Source: Emiliania huxleyi CCMP1516
Taxonomy: Eukaryota
Length of the DNA stretch: 64,000 nucleotides
NCBI RefSeq assembly: GCF_000372725.1
Contig: NW_005201231.1
Location: 1-64,000 of the forward strand
Direction: 5' to 3'
Every line of letters starts with the position of its first letter. The stretch's first letter is position 1. Below are positions 47,144 through 61,225 of the stretch, piece by piece. Under the pieces are notes generated by a model, which worked only from the letters and a program-made list of their open reading frames with translations, was not told the DNA's origin and searched no databases. Both the position numbers and the translations under genes were made by a program.

Positions 47144-48593
47144 ATGGCAACCGTACTCTCGGCGACTCTGCTCGGGTTGTCTTCTCCGGTCGGCCTCCGC
47201 AGATTCTCGCCGCGGATCCGGATGCAGGCCGAGTGGGTGGAGTCCACCGTCTTCTTCGACCCGCCCGTCTCGAGCCGGTTCACGCCGCCGCTCCCGAGCA
47301 AGCAGTACCTGCGAGCGAGCGAGGCCGCCGTCGCCAAGCACGCCGCCATCATCTTTCACCAGCTGCGACAGGAGGCCACCGCGCTGAGCGGCTCGCCGCT
47401 CACGAGCGGCCTCGGCGAGCGGACAGTGCTGTCGCGCTCGTCGCTGAGCGAGGCGGCGGCGGCCGTCCTCGTCGAGCAGCTGCGGAGCGCCGGGCTCGGG
47501 GAGGGTGGCGCCGAGTCGGCGGCGCTGTGGCGCGAGGTGTCCTCCGCCCTCGCCGCGCCGTGGCTGCTCCGCTGCGTCGTCTGCGACCTCTACAAGATTC
47601 TCGACGTCGACCCCGCGGCGACGGGGCTGCTGCAGCCGCTGCTCTACTTCAAGGGGTTCCACGCGCTCACGCTGCACCGCGTGGCGCACCACCTGTGGGC
47701 GCGCGACGACGGCCCCGCCGACCGCTTCGCCGCGCTCCGCCTTCAGTCTGCCGGCGAGAGATGGCCGGGAGATGGCCGAGAGATGGCCGAGAGATGGCCA
47801 AGAAATGGGCAGAGCTGTGGACAGAGCTGTGGCTCGCCTCGAGGTAGGCGCCTCCCTCTTTTCCGTCGACATCCACCCGGCCGCCACCATCGGTGCCACT
47901 TCCGAGAACCGTCCACCGCCACCGCCACCGCCGCACCCGCGCGCAGCCTCCCCTACGCACCGCCCCAGTCGCCTCTCCCTACCCCCCCTCCCTCCCCCCC
48001 CCTCTCCCTCCCTCTCCCTCTCCCTCTCCCTCTCTTCTCTTCTCTCTCTTGGGCAGCCACTGCCATCCCCTCCGGACTTGTCCCTGACGACACGCCCGAC
48101 GACCCACCAGGTAGCGGTATATCTACCCCCCCCCGTCCCTCACGCAAAAGCACAGCCCCGGCCCCAGATCGCACGCACGAACGGCCCGTCTCCTCACACA
48201 CACACACACACACCCTCGCCGCCGCTCCCCGCCCCCGCAGGACCGGGGGTGATGCTGGACCACGCGAGCGGCGTCGTGATCGGCGGCACCGCCGTGGTCG
48301 GCAGCGACGTGTACATGCTGCACGGCGTCACCCTCGGCGCCACCGGCAAGCCGATGCACGGCGCGAAGCGCCACCCGACAATCGCCGACTCGGTGACGCT
48401 GGGTGCGGGCGCGACCGTGCTCGGCGACATTCTCGTCGGCAGCGGCGTCACCGTCGGCGCGAGCGCCGTGGTGACGCGCGCCGTCCCCGAGGGCAGCACG
48501 GTCGTCGGCGTCAACAAGGTGCTCGACGGCAGCCAGCGCCCGCCGAGCGAGGCGGGCGAGGAGGACGACTACACCTGGTTTTATGATATTTGA
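47144..48593 (+). CDS. cysE: Serine O-acetyltransferase, probably organelle-targeted, two introns
   Basis: DPAATGLLQPLLYFKGFHALTLHRVAHHLW, VDIHPAATIG, LDHASGVVIGGTAVVG, LHGVTLGATGK and KRHPTI (hexapeptide domain). Confidence 0.93.
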
Positions 48594-48949
48594 GAGACAT
48601 CTTGGCGTGTCTGGGCGCCGGAACCGCCGCGGGATGTATTGTATTTAGCGATTAGCCGAGGGAAGCGCTACTGGTATTGCGAGAGGTGAAATTTTTCTCT
48701 CGTATGTCTCTCGAAATCTCAAGGCAGCAGCCTGGGGAGTGGCAGTGGGGTGTGGGGAGCAGCCCAGGCGGCGGCGTGCGTCGCCGCTGTGGGTTGGCGG
48801 CGGGCCGAGGGTGTCCGTCGGCGGTCGGTCCCTGTTGAGCGCTCGACGCCACCACGCGAGACAGAGTGGGGTGGCGCGATGTCGGGCAGGAGCGCCCGCC
48901 GCCAACACGAAAGCCAACACGAAAGTTGCGTCGGCCACGACGTGGGCAC

Positions 48950-49025
48950 TACAGCGCTCGTGTGGGCAACGCGTGACTGCAGGCACGCCGTTCACGCTCT
49001 TCTCGCTAGATGCAACACTCTTTGA
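48950..49025 (+). repeat. ~75-bp dispersed repeat, second copy at about 55614-55690
   Basis: ctacag.gctcgtgtgggcaacgcgtgact.gcaggcacgccgttcacgctcttctcgctagatgcaacactctttg occurs twice. Confidence 0.85.
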
Positions 49026-49465
49026 CGCGGGGCCGGCGGCGGCGTGACGGCACCCTCCCTGGCTGTCCCAGCCTGTGCGAGGCTGCCGCTGCCTACCCCG
49101 GACAGCGCTTCCCACAAAATACCGCTGCCGCGCTGCCGCCGCGCTCACGGGCCTCGCAAAACATCGCCCCCGCCCCGGCCCTCGCCCACCCGCAGCCGAG
49201 TCTCTCCAAACCCTCTCCACCAACGGTGTGTGCTCTTTGAGCCACGCTGGCTGAGCGGGATCCAGTCCACGCTGCCCGAGCGTATGGAGGAAAGGGTTGG
49301 CGCCCCCGCTCGGAGAGACAGCCAGCCGTGCACCCACCTCTGCGCGCCGTCACTACTCGCCGGCCCCGGAGCCAGCAGTGCCTCGATTTAGCACACTGCC
49401 TTCTCTTGCGCCTCGTCGCTCGTTGTCCTCGGCATCTCACCACCAGCCATGCGCAGGTCAGGTGG

Positions 49466-49690
49466 CCCTCGACACGGCGACGACGCGCTGGCCAGCAAAG
49501 GCCTCGACCTTCATCGGCTGCCACTGGCTCTGCCGGTCGCCGTGGCCCAGCGCGCCCAAGCCTCCCTTGCCCCAGCTCCAAACGGCGCCGCTCGCGGTGA
49601 GGGTGAGGTTGTGGTGGGCTCCAGCCGACACGCTCACGACGGTCGACGCGCTCGCCGCCCAGCGTTGACGGGAGCCGCGTCGGCGTGTTG
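49466..49690 (-). pseudogene. Isolated RCC1-repeat fragment, paralogous to 28540-28740
   Basis: Encodes VSVSAGAHHNLTLTASGAVWSWGKGGLGALGHGDRQSQWQPMKVEAFAGQRVVAVS; abuts the retroelement. Confidence 0.75.
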
Positions 49691-51010
49691 AGCGTGCATA
49701 TTCACGGAGCTGGGCGAAGGTGAAGATGCGAGGGTGGAGAAATTTAGCTTACCGACCTTACCTGACACTCGAGGGAGAAAAGAAACGGGAACCCGGGGCC
49801 CCGCCACGAGAAGTGCGTTCTGGGGATGCAGAGCGTGCAAGGCGGCTAGGGATGAGGCCACAAAAGAGGCGCGGAGGCAAGGAGGAGACGCGGGGAACTG
49901 GGAGACTGGGACGACTGGAAACAAGAAGACAGTGAGCCACCACAGGCGTCGTTGGCGCACATACTGAGCGGCAGCTGCGCTGGAAATAAGGAAGAGGCGC
50001 GTCACTTCATGCGGAAGCTCGACAAACATACAGCGAGGGCGACAGCAAGAGTTGAACGGGAGGCGCCGGACTCAAAAGACACCGCCACATTCCTGAGACG
50101 AGCGAGGGCAGCCTCCTTAAAGGCGAAAGGGTCTAGATTTGGAGCGCTCGCCGAAGAGGAGTACGACAAAATAGCGCCCGTGATTGCCTGCACGCTACCC
50201 GCACTCACGGACTCCATACCCGAAAGAAAGAGAAGGGAGCTCGCGGGAGAGGTGACGAGTGAACTACAGGTAGTGGGGAAGGCAGCCTCGATTGCCATAC
50301 AGACATGGGTGCGAAACAACGACAAGACCAAGGCACGGGCAGAGGAACGAGAGAAGAATATAGGGTGGATAAAGCGCCTGTTCACGGCATGGAGGGTGAG
50401 CCACACCGAACGTACCGAGCGAAGAGCCGAGCGGAAGGAGGACGGGGAAGATGACTCCGAGGAGGACGAACCAGTGGAAATCCAGTTGTCAGATGTCACG
50501 ATGCATCCGAAGGGGACCCCAGCGCCGGCATCATCCGTAGAGGCACGAGTGTTCGAAGAGAGAGTGGACCTGAGCAACAACATGACCTGTAGGCAAATGA
50601 TCGGAGTGGGAGTCAGAAATGTGGTCCTTGCGCGAGGGGAGCTCGATAGACTCGAGGGGCCAGGATACGCCGCGAGGAGGACGGAGTTGCGCCGACAGGC
50701 GAAAGAAGCCGCGAGAACAAGGGACCGGCAGGCGGCGGCGTCGCAGGACGAGGCAGAAGAGAACAACGCGACAGAGGAGGAAGTGACAAGGGAGAGAACG
50801 ACGAGGGTGGGACGACCGCGAGGTGGCATGAAGGTTGCAGCGAGAATCGGCGAGAGACTGCGAAGAGAGATAGGAAGAGGCAGACTCCCTAGGGTGGGCG
50901 ACGGATAGCGCACCACACACCTCTCCTTAAAATCCCTGTGTGGTGGCGGCGTGCCGTCCTCCCATCCCTCCCTTGGGTTGTCTGTTTTCTTTCTTTCTTT
51001 CTGCAAACTG
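49690..51010 (+). mobile_element. 5'-truncated non-LTR retrotransposon 3' end (CCHC knuckle region plus C-terminal tail)
   Basis: A/G-rich sequence. GCRAC...(frameshift)...SLAHILSGSC resembles a LINE ORF2 CCHC zinc knuckle. The ORF ends at 50908 and is followed by a (TTTC)n tail. Confidence 0.6.
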
Positions 51011-51089
51011 AAATTCTTTTTCAGTGAATGAGCTTGCCTGTGGCGGGGGTGGGCGGGTGCACGGAGCTAAGTGCCTCGCCACCCTCGCA

Positions 51090-51887
51090 GGAGTCGCTTA
51101 GGCGGCTCCCGTGGTGTTGGCGCCGCCGCCAAGGTGTCCGCCGCCGCGGAGGCAGTCGCCGAGGAGGCCACCATCGCCGAGGCGCCCGTCGCCGAGGAGG
51201 TCGTCGCCGAGGAGGTTGCCAAGGAGGTCGAGAAGCCGGTCAAGACCGTTTCAAACACGCCCGACCCAACGGTGAGCGCGCCGCAGCATTCTCTCCTGGC
51301 ACTCATCGCTTCCCACCCACCGGTAACAATTCTCTCTCCCGTCTCCGAACACCTGCGTATGCGCTCTCGCCCACAGGCGTGCGGCGTCAAGGACGACGTC
51401 GTGAAGGAGGACGACGTCGAGGGCGAGTCTTCGCCGATGAAGTCCTTCGCGAAGGTCGGAATCGTGCCGGCTGACGACGGCCGCATCACGCTCGTCATCT
51501 CCGCGTCGGAGTCGCCTTCGCTCCTCGGAGCCAAGGTGCGCGTGCGCTCGCCAGGATCGTGATCACCCCCCTCCGGTCTCTGAAAGCCTGCGCGTTCTCT
51601 CCCTCGCCACAGGCGTGCGGCGTCAACAACGTCAACATCACCGTCGCAAAGTCTGCCACGGAGGACGTCCTCAAGAAGGACCCGGCCGCGGAAAAGGCGC
51701 CCGACGCGGGCGCGTTCGACTCGGACAAGGCCAAGGCCATGTTCGCCGCCCACGCGCCCGCCGTTTTCTGGTCCAAGTTTGAGCGCCCGACCGTCGTGGG
51801 CGCCCTCAAGAAGGCTGCGGCAAAGTCTGGCGCGGATCCTGTGCCCAGTGTCGTGCGAGGGAGTTTTGTTGTAAAATTCTTTTTCAA
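51090..51887 (+). CDS. Hypothetical acidic Ala/Glu/Val-rich protein fragment, multi-exon
   Basis: Coding-like codon usage. Two introns end in cacag|gcgtgcggcgtcaa (about 51376 and 51612); no start codon recognised. Confidence 0.4.
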
Positions 51888-51952
51888 ATTCGGCGGCCGA
51901 GGAAGAGAGCTCTACCCCTACCCCACCGAGCTGTACCCCGCGGCATACACAC

Positions 51953-52603
51953 ATGTTGGCCGCTCTCGCCGTCGCCGCCCTGGCGGCGCCCGCGCCCTCC
52001 GACTTGCGTGAGTCAGCGATCAATCCGAAAGCGCGCGGGCCCATCTTTGCCCCGGCTCTGGCGCCGTGTGACGCCGGCTTTGTCCCGACGTGCGAGCAAG
52101 CGAAAGGCTTTGGCCTCTGCAACACCACCAACTCGGCCTGCGACACGACCTGCGTGGACGAAGTGAAGATGACCTGCCCTGTGACGTGCAGCCTCTCGGC
52201 GGAGGCGACTTCCGGGCACCTGGAACCGGACGCCACCCCGTCCGACTACAGCAAACACTTGCCGCCCGCCGCCACGGCGGCCATCTGCAGCACCTGCGCG
52301 GACCACCCCGACCTGCCCTGCTGCCACGACCATCCGCACGAGAGCGATGACCGCCGCCGCCTGCAGCCGGACATGTGCACCGAAGCAATGAGTGGCGGCT
52401 CGCCGCCCCCCCTGCCTTCCACCGCATCGCCGCCCCCTGCTCTGTGCGTGGACACGTGCACCTACTACGGGATGACTCTGCCCCACTCGTTGGACTTCGT
52501 GAACGACGGCACATGCGACGATGTCTGCGACCCCGGGACGGACTGTACGGACTGCAGCGGCGGCAGCCGGCGACGTCTCGTCGCTTCTAGGGTACGATAC
52601 TGA
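51953..52603 (+). CDS. Small secreted Cys-rich protein (ShK-like module plus a DGxCDD...GTDCxDC module)
   Basis: Signal peptide MLAALAVAALA; ...CEQAKGFGLC...KMTCPVTC; CVDTC...NDGTCDDVCDPGTDCTDC. Confidence 0.6.
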   Translation: MLAALAVAALAAPAPSDLRESAINPKARGPIFAPALAPCDAGFVPTCEQAKGFGLCNTTNSACDTTCVDEVKMTCPVTCSLSAEATSGHLEPDATPSDYSKHLPPAATAAICSTCADHPDLPCCHDHPHESDDRRRLQPDMCTEAMSGGSPPPLPSTASPPPALCVDTCTYYGMTLPHSLDFVNDGTCDDVCDPGTDCTDCSGGSRRRLVASRVRY

Positions 52604-52679
52604 GGGAGGGTGTAGAGGATGTAGAGTGTAGAGCGCTGTGTGTCTCGCGCTGTAGAGCTGTAGAGCATAGTGAAATATA

Positions 52680-54666
52680 TATTATACCAAAAGGAGGGCT
52701 ACACGACGCCCTCTACGCTGGGGTGCCGGCGCCCTACTGGGCGCCCCCCGCTCCCTTCCCCTCAGAGCCCCCCATCCCACTAGCATTCCCCCGCGGTCCC
52801 TCGCGGCCGCGTGACGCCGCACCAATGGCGCGCTGTGCCTCGTCCGCGAGCGCCACCCAGAGCTGCACCGACAGTCGCTGCAGCGCAAACGGCATCCATT
52901 CGCGCGCCGACCACGACGTCTGGTCGTACTGCCACCATGTGAGCTTCCGGCCCGCCACCTCAGCCACCCGCCTCAGCAGCTCCTCCACCCCCGCGCTCAT
53001 CGCGCCGAACTCCTCGAAGAGCAGCGCCTCCACACGGCACTTCCCCTCTGCGTCCGTGTACTGGCCCTTGACGGCCTCGACCGTCCCGGACCCCGTCCGC
53101 GGGTCCCACCTCCCCACCCTCCCGCCCCTGTCCCCGCCCTCCACGCCCAAACCCGGCTCGCGGGCGCGTGGCAGCGTGTTGCCGCAAGCGACGAACGCCC
53201 CCATGCGCCCCGCCCCCGAGGGGTCCGACGGCACACTGGCAAAGATCTTCGTGTCGCCGATGCCGGGCAGGTCCCCTATCACGCCCTGGTAAATGTACAG
53301 GTCCGTCCTCGTAGTGCTGTGCTCGCAGTGAAACTCGTGCTCCACCGCGCCGCGCCCAAGCTTGCCCCGCAGCAGCTCGACCAGGTCCAGGAGGACCTCC
53401 TTGTGCCGCGTCTGGTGGCCCGCCGCGCCGTCGTTCTGCGCCACGTCGCCGAGGGCGTCAAAGGGCAGACCGTGCTGGCTGTAGATGCTGTCCGCCATGA
53501 CGTCCGTCATCATCGACAGGTGCAATCCGAAGCGGCGCTGCAGCGCGAAGCGCAGCACGTACGAGGGCAGAGTGACGGAAGTGCGCGCGGGTCGGGATCG
53601 CGTTCAAGAATGCACCCGCGCCGAACTGGCTCGCCGAGACAAACCGCACCTGCTCCCTCCTCCCTGCGCGGCCCGCCGCCGCATGCATCTCCCTCCAGGC
53701 TGAATGGTGAATCGTCGCGGAGTATCGGCGCTGAGCGTTTTTGTAGAAGATTGCTGCGCGAGCTCCATTCAGTAAGCGGAAGGTATGCATGCGCCGGGGG
53801 CAGCCCTCTCGGGTTGTAGATGCGGTAGGCCCGGCCAGTCTTGTCGTAGAAATAGTACGTCTTCTTGTCCTCTTGGTACTTGGCGTCGAGGGCGGCGTGC
53901 GCCGCCACCAGCCGCGCCTGGCGGCGTGCGACGTCGAGGTGGACCGGCAGCAAGACCACGCCCGCGCGTCGGATCGCGTCCACCACCTCGTCGCCGCGCA
54001 GCCCGCGGCCCACCGCTGCCTTGGCCGCCTCTGCCGCCCTCGACTCGGCGCCCTCCGCGCCCCCGCCGGCGGCGAGGCCGGCGCCGCCCCCCGCCGCCCC
54101 AGCCCCGCCCCCGCCGCCTAGGGTCGCGCCGCCCGCCTCCCCGCCCTCGCCGCCCTCGCCGCCCTCGAGGCCCTCGCCGCCCTCGCCGCCCTCGCCGCTC
54201 AGGTCTCGCCGGACCGCATCTCAGCATCCCCGCCACCGCCGCCACCACCGCCGCCGCCCGCCGCCCCGGGCACGCGCGCCTCACGAGCGTACCGCGCCTT
54301 GAGAGACACCGCCGCCAGCGGCTGCTCGACCGCCGACTCCGCCTCCGCCTGCCCGGCCGCCGCCCCCGCCGCCGCCAGACCGCCGACGCCGCCACCGCGG
54401 CGGCGCCGAGGTCGATGCCGCGCGCCAGAGGCTGCGGGCAGAGGCGAGCGATAGGCTCCCAGTAGAGGCACCACGAGCCGACGATCGCCGCGTCGGTGAC
54501 GGCCGACATGGAGGTGAGGCCGGCGCCGCCGAGCTTGACTGGCAGCCGCGCCTGCTGCAGCGCCGCCCTGCGCTGCGCCGTCGAGCTCAAGCGCCCCGCC
54601 GTGAGCTCGTTGAACGCCTCGCCGATGAGCCGATCGTGCAGCCGTGCCGCCTCCCGCGTCGCCTCG
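52680..54666 (-). mobile_element. Degenerate RLE-type (CRE/R2-like) non-LTR retrotransposon fragment
   Basis: QQARLPVKLGGAGL (RT thumb region), GAGAFLNAIP..., FALQRRFG, D.LGD...HQTRHKEV and RTDL...GDTK (restriction-like endonuclease), spread over several frames. 5'-truncated at the repeat array. Confidence 0.7.
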
Positions 54667-55045
54667 TTACAACGCTCTTACACCCACGTGTAACAGGGGT
54701 GTAAGATTTGCTGTTTTGCTCATTGATCGCGGGTTACACACGTGTGTAACAAAACAGTTAGTGGAAACTCCACATCGCACATGTGTATGTCAGGGGTGTA
54801 AGCGTTCGTCGAGTTTTTCTAATTGACCCGCGGGTTAGACTGAGTGTAAAGCACATGTAACGCGAAAACGCTCTGTTAACACTACCAAAAACGGGTGTAA
54901 CATGGGTGGTAAAAGACTGTGTAAGGGTTCAGGGTGTTCGTCGGCGTGTGGTGTCGGGTTTACACTACCAAAAACGGGTGTAACATGGGTGGTAACAGAC
55001 TGTGTAAGGGTTCAGGGTGTTCGTCGGCGTGTGGTGTCGGGTTTT
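54667..55045. repeat. TTACAC/GTGTAA-motif array with a ~83-bp tandem duplication
   Basis: Many gtgtaa/ttacac motifs; 54878-54960 is repeated at about 54961-55043. Confidence 0.7.
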
Positions 55046-55194
55046 TGACGTCATGACGTACTCGGCGCGCGCGGCGATCGGAGCACCCCCTCGTCGGTTC
55101 ACCCCTCGAACAGCGATGCAAGCACACAGGCGTGAGCGCGTGAAACGGCCCGTCGGCGAAGGCGACTCGCGCTGGCACGTGCACAGAGGGATGT

Positions 55195-55570
55195 TGAGAT
55201 ACGCCGCTACACGTGTGGGCGCCTATCTAGGGGAACATCGCGCCCCATGCGTGGGCGTGTATGTCACGCGGTAACGCGGCTGCGAGTGCAGCCGCCTATG
55301 TTGGCCAAGATAGGCGGCTGCACGTGTGGGCGCGAGTACCGCTATACGCGTCTGCACGTGTGGCCGCGTATCTTGGCTAAGATACGCGCCGGCACAGAAT
55401 GACACGTATCAGGCCCCGCCGAGCTCGATGAACGCCAGCGGGTGAGGGCGGCTATTCTCCCCCGAGGCAGGCACGGATACACAGTCCCTCGTGTCGCGCG
55501 TGTAAGTCCCGGTTGCCGTGCGCGCCAGCGCGTGTGGCCGCGTACCTTAGCTAAGATACGCGCGCACGGG
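55195..55570. repeat. Array of AGATACG...CACGTGTGG...CGTATCT quasi-palindromic motifs
   Basis: Repeated cacgtgtgg(g/c)cgcg and (t)agctaagatacgcgc. Confidence 0.5.
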
Positions 55571-56795
55571 CGTGGGAGGGTAAAAACGGGTCACTTTGCG
55601 GGGTTTGCCCCCCCTACAGTGCTCGTGTGGGCAACGCGTGACTGGCAGGCACGCCGTTCACGCTCTTCTCGCTAGATGCAACACTCTTTGTGGCAGGCGC
55701 GATGAGCGTCGTGCCACCTGACCCGAGACGGGTCGCAGGCGTCGTACCGAGCGCGTCGAGACCGTGTCCTGATGTGCTCTGCACGGGTGAGTCACGTCGG
55801 CGTCAAAGGAGCGACGTGCGACCTGTCAGAGCTTGATCTCCGATCTCAGCGGCGTCGAGTCGCCTTCGGCGGCGACAATTTTGTACCTCTCCAGGACGCG
55901 CAGAGGCAGCTGCGACCCCGCCGTGTGGACGGTTGCACACCGCGCCACCTGCTGTGTGCAACCGTCTACGTGGCTGGGTCGACAGCGATTGTAGGAAAAT
56001 TGGGGGACCAAATCACGGTCGCGGCCTTCCGACTCGCGCCTCCGCCTCACTGGCACTATTGTAGCCCTGGCCGGTGCGCGTGCGGAGTTGAAGTTCCGGA
56101 GTGAAAATTCGAACGCGTTCTCTCACGGTGACCCAAAAATGTCCACCTCAGAGGCACCTCCGGAGGCAGGCCGCCGCACGCCGGCGACACAGCTCCAGCT
56201 GTCGAGCTGACCCGCAGCTCCTCTCAGAGCGGGAACTGTGACGAAAGTTGACTGAGGCGGTTGTCAGGAATCATCATACGGATCACATGGTGGCTCTCTC
56301 ATGACGGGAGAGCGCCCGACCACTCCTGGGTGGCACTGCCACCGGTGTCGCTCGACGTCCTGTCGACAGCGTGCCGACAGCGACACAGACCATGTGGGAC
56401 GCGTCGATTATCGACCTCTACTGCTTACCCAGCCTTCGAGTGTATCCTGGCTGTGGTCCCACACCCACTGGTGTCCATCTCAGAGACCGCAGGAGGTCAT
56501 GAGGGTCGATGGGAGTGCCAACCCCACAATGCCTAAAGACCCAGCCCAGTACTCGGCGGGTCGCAGCTGCACCTCTGGAAGGCACCGAGAGGTACGAAAT
56601 GGCGCAAAAAATGGTCAAAATCAAGGTTTTGTAACGCGAGCTGTGCCACAGTGAAATGGAACTAGCCTGAGTCGAATTCGCGACAGCTTACGTGTGTGGC
56701 TGGCCACACACGCACTCTAGCGTAAACTGACCGGGCCGGGGGCACCACAACGCCCCAGACACGCTCACATCGACGCACCCACCCACACCCTCCTC

Positions 56796-59630
<2,835 letters not shown>

Positions 59631-60163
59631 GACGCGCTGGCACATGCAGCCCACCGCGAACCACGCGGAAAGGTGGATGCGGAGCCCTGGGAAGGTGGTC
59701 GTATGCGCCGTAATAAAGAAATACGGCCATCACGCCCTTCCACCCCCGGGAGGTCGAGCTGGCACGCCGTAAGAAAGAATTTCTGTTCACCTCTGTCCTT
59801 CGTCAACGAGCGGCACATCCACATTGTCCGCGCGCTGCTAGCACTCGTGCCGGACGGAGCGCAAGACGGGTTCCAGTGGGAGAAGCGCGTGCTGTACGGA
59901 CGGCCCATTCCCGGATGACGTGTACTCGGCATTGGCTGCGGTGACCGCCAGCATCTTCTCGACGATGGCGGTGTACGAGCGTGGACCACGCGGGCGTGCT
60001 CGACGGGAGCGGGTCCCGGGTGTATCGCCTGACAGCCCGACCGTGGCAGCATTTGCGGACGCGGGCTTGCGCGTTCCGCGGTACGTGGACCTTGCAGTAA
60101 ACCTTTTCCTTCTAAGCAGGGCTACACAATGACCCTATAGGGTGGGGGTGTTCCTGGCGAGTT

Positions 60164-60786
60164 GTGATGAGTAGGATTAGACTAGTCAATACTATTTTCA
60201 AGTTCATATATGAAAATACCAACTTGCCTATGTGCATCCCCGCCGCGCAGCACTGCGCCGAGCACTTTGCCGTCCAGCGCAACGCCTCGCGCGAAAACGT
60301 GCGAATCGCCTCCAACTACACGATGCCGTTCACCGCCTCCGTCAAGCACGCAACCGCGTACTTGCGCGCCGGCGCCGAGAACATCTCGCTCTACGTCAAC
60401 GGGCAGCTGCGCCTCGCACGCTCGGTACTCCCCGCTGCACAACGTCACGCACGAGGGCAAGAACGGGACACAGCAGCGAGCTCGCTGGCGGCGTCCTCAC
60501 GCACGCCACGCACTGCATCTCGCCGGAGAGCGGCCCGCTCTGGCTGCGCAAGGGCGACTCGCTCCTCGTCGAGGCGTGGTACTTCGCCGGACGACACGAC
60601 AAGCGGCTGCCCTGGTCCGACGGGACGCACCTCAACGCCGCCGCCCACTTCTTCCTCGCCTTCGAGCCCGACGCGCCCATCTCCGACGTTGGCTCGGGCG
60701 AGGCCGTGGCGGAGGAGGACGAGGGGGGCGAGGCCGCGCTCCTCGACGCGATGGGGCCGCTGTTAGTAGCGAGGACACTGCTGTAG
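60164..60786 (+). pseudogene. Frameshifted hypothetical beta-rich coding fragment
   Basis: Coding-like segments (VKHATAYLRAGAENISLYVNG; LWLRKGDSLLVEAWYF) lie in different frames. Confidence 0.35.
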
Positions 60787-61225
60787 CGGGGACGAGGACC
60801 ACGTGGTTGACAGTTGAGGAAATCGGCCTCAACCACCGCTATGAGTTCGAGTGGTCGGGTGCGATGTTTTCTCTTTCGGATTGTGTTTCTTTCTTTGTCA
60901 TATCGCGCGATGCCGCAGGCGCGAGTCCTTTCGGCGCGATCCTGCACAGCCAATGTTCCTCCTGTCAGAGCCTGTCAGCGACTTCTGGCGCGCATGCCGG
61001 CCACGATCCTCCTCCAATCTTACGTACGGCTTAAAGCCGTACACGCGGACACCATTCCTCACGCAGTCACGCTCCGCCTCCGGCGCCTCCGCCGCCAGAG
61101 ATGTTTGCATTCACCGCACTGCTGAGGGGTGTCTGCTGAGGGGTGTCACAGCGCGCATGCAGGCGGGTATGACGTCTCCTTACTCAGCACATTGTATACA
61201 CGCATTTGTGGCGCTTACGGTAGGT

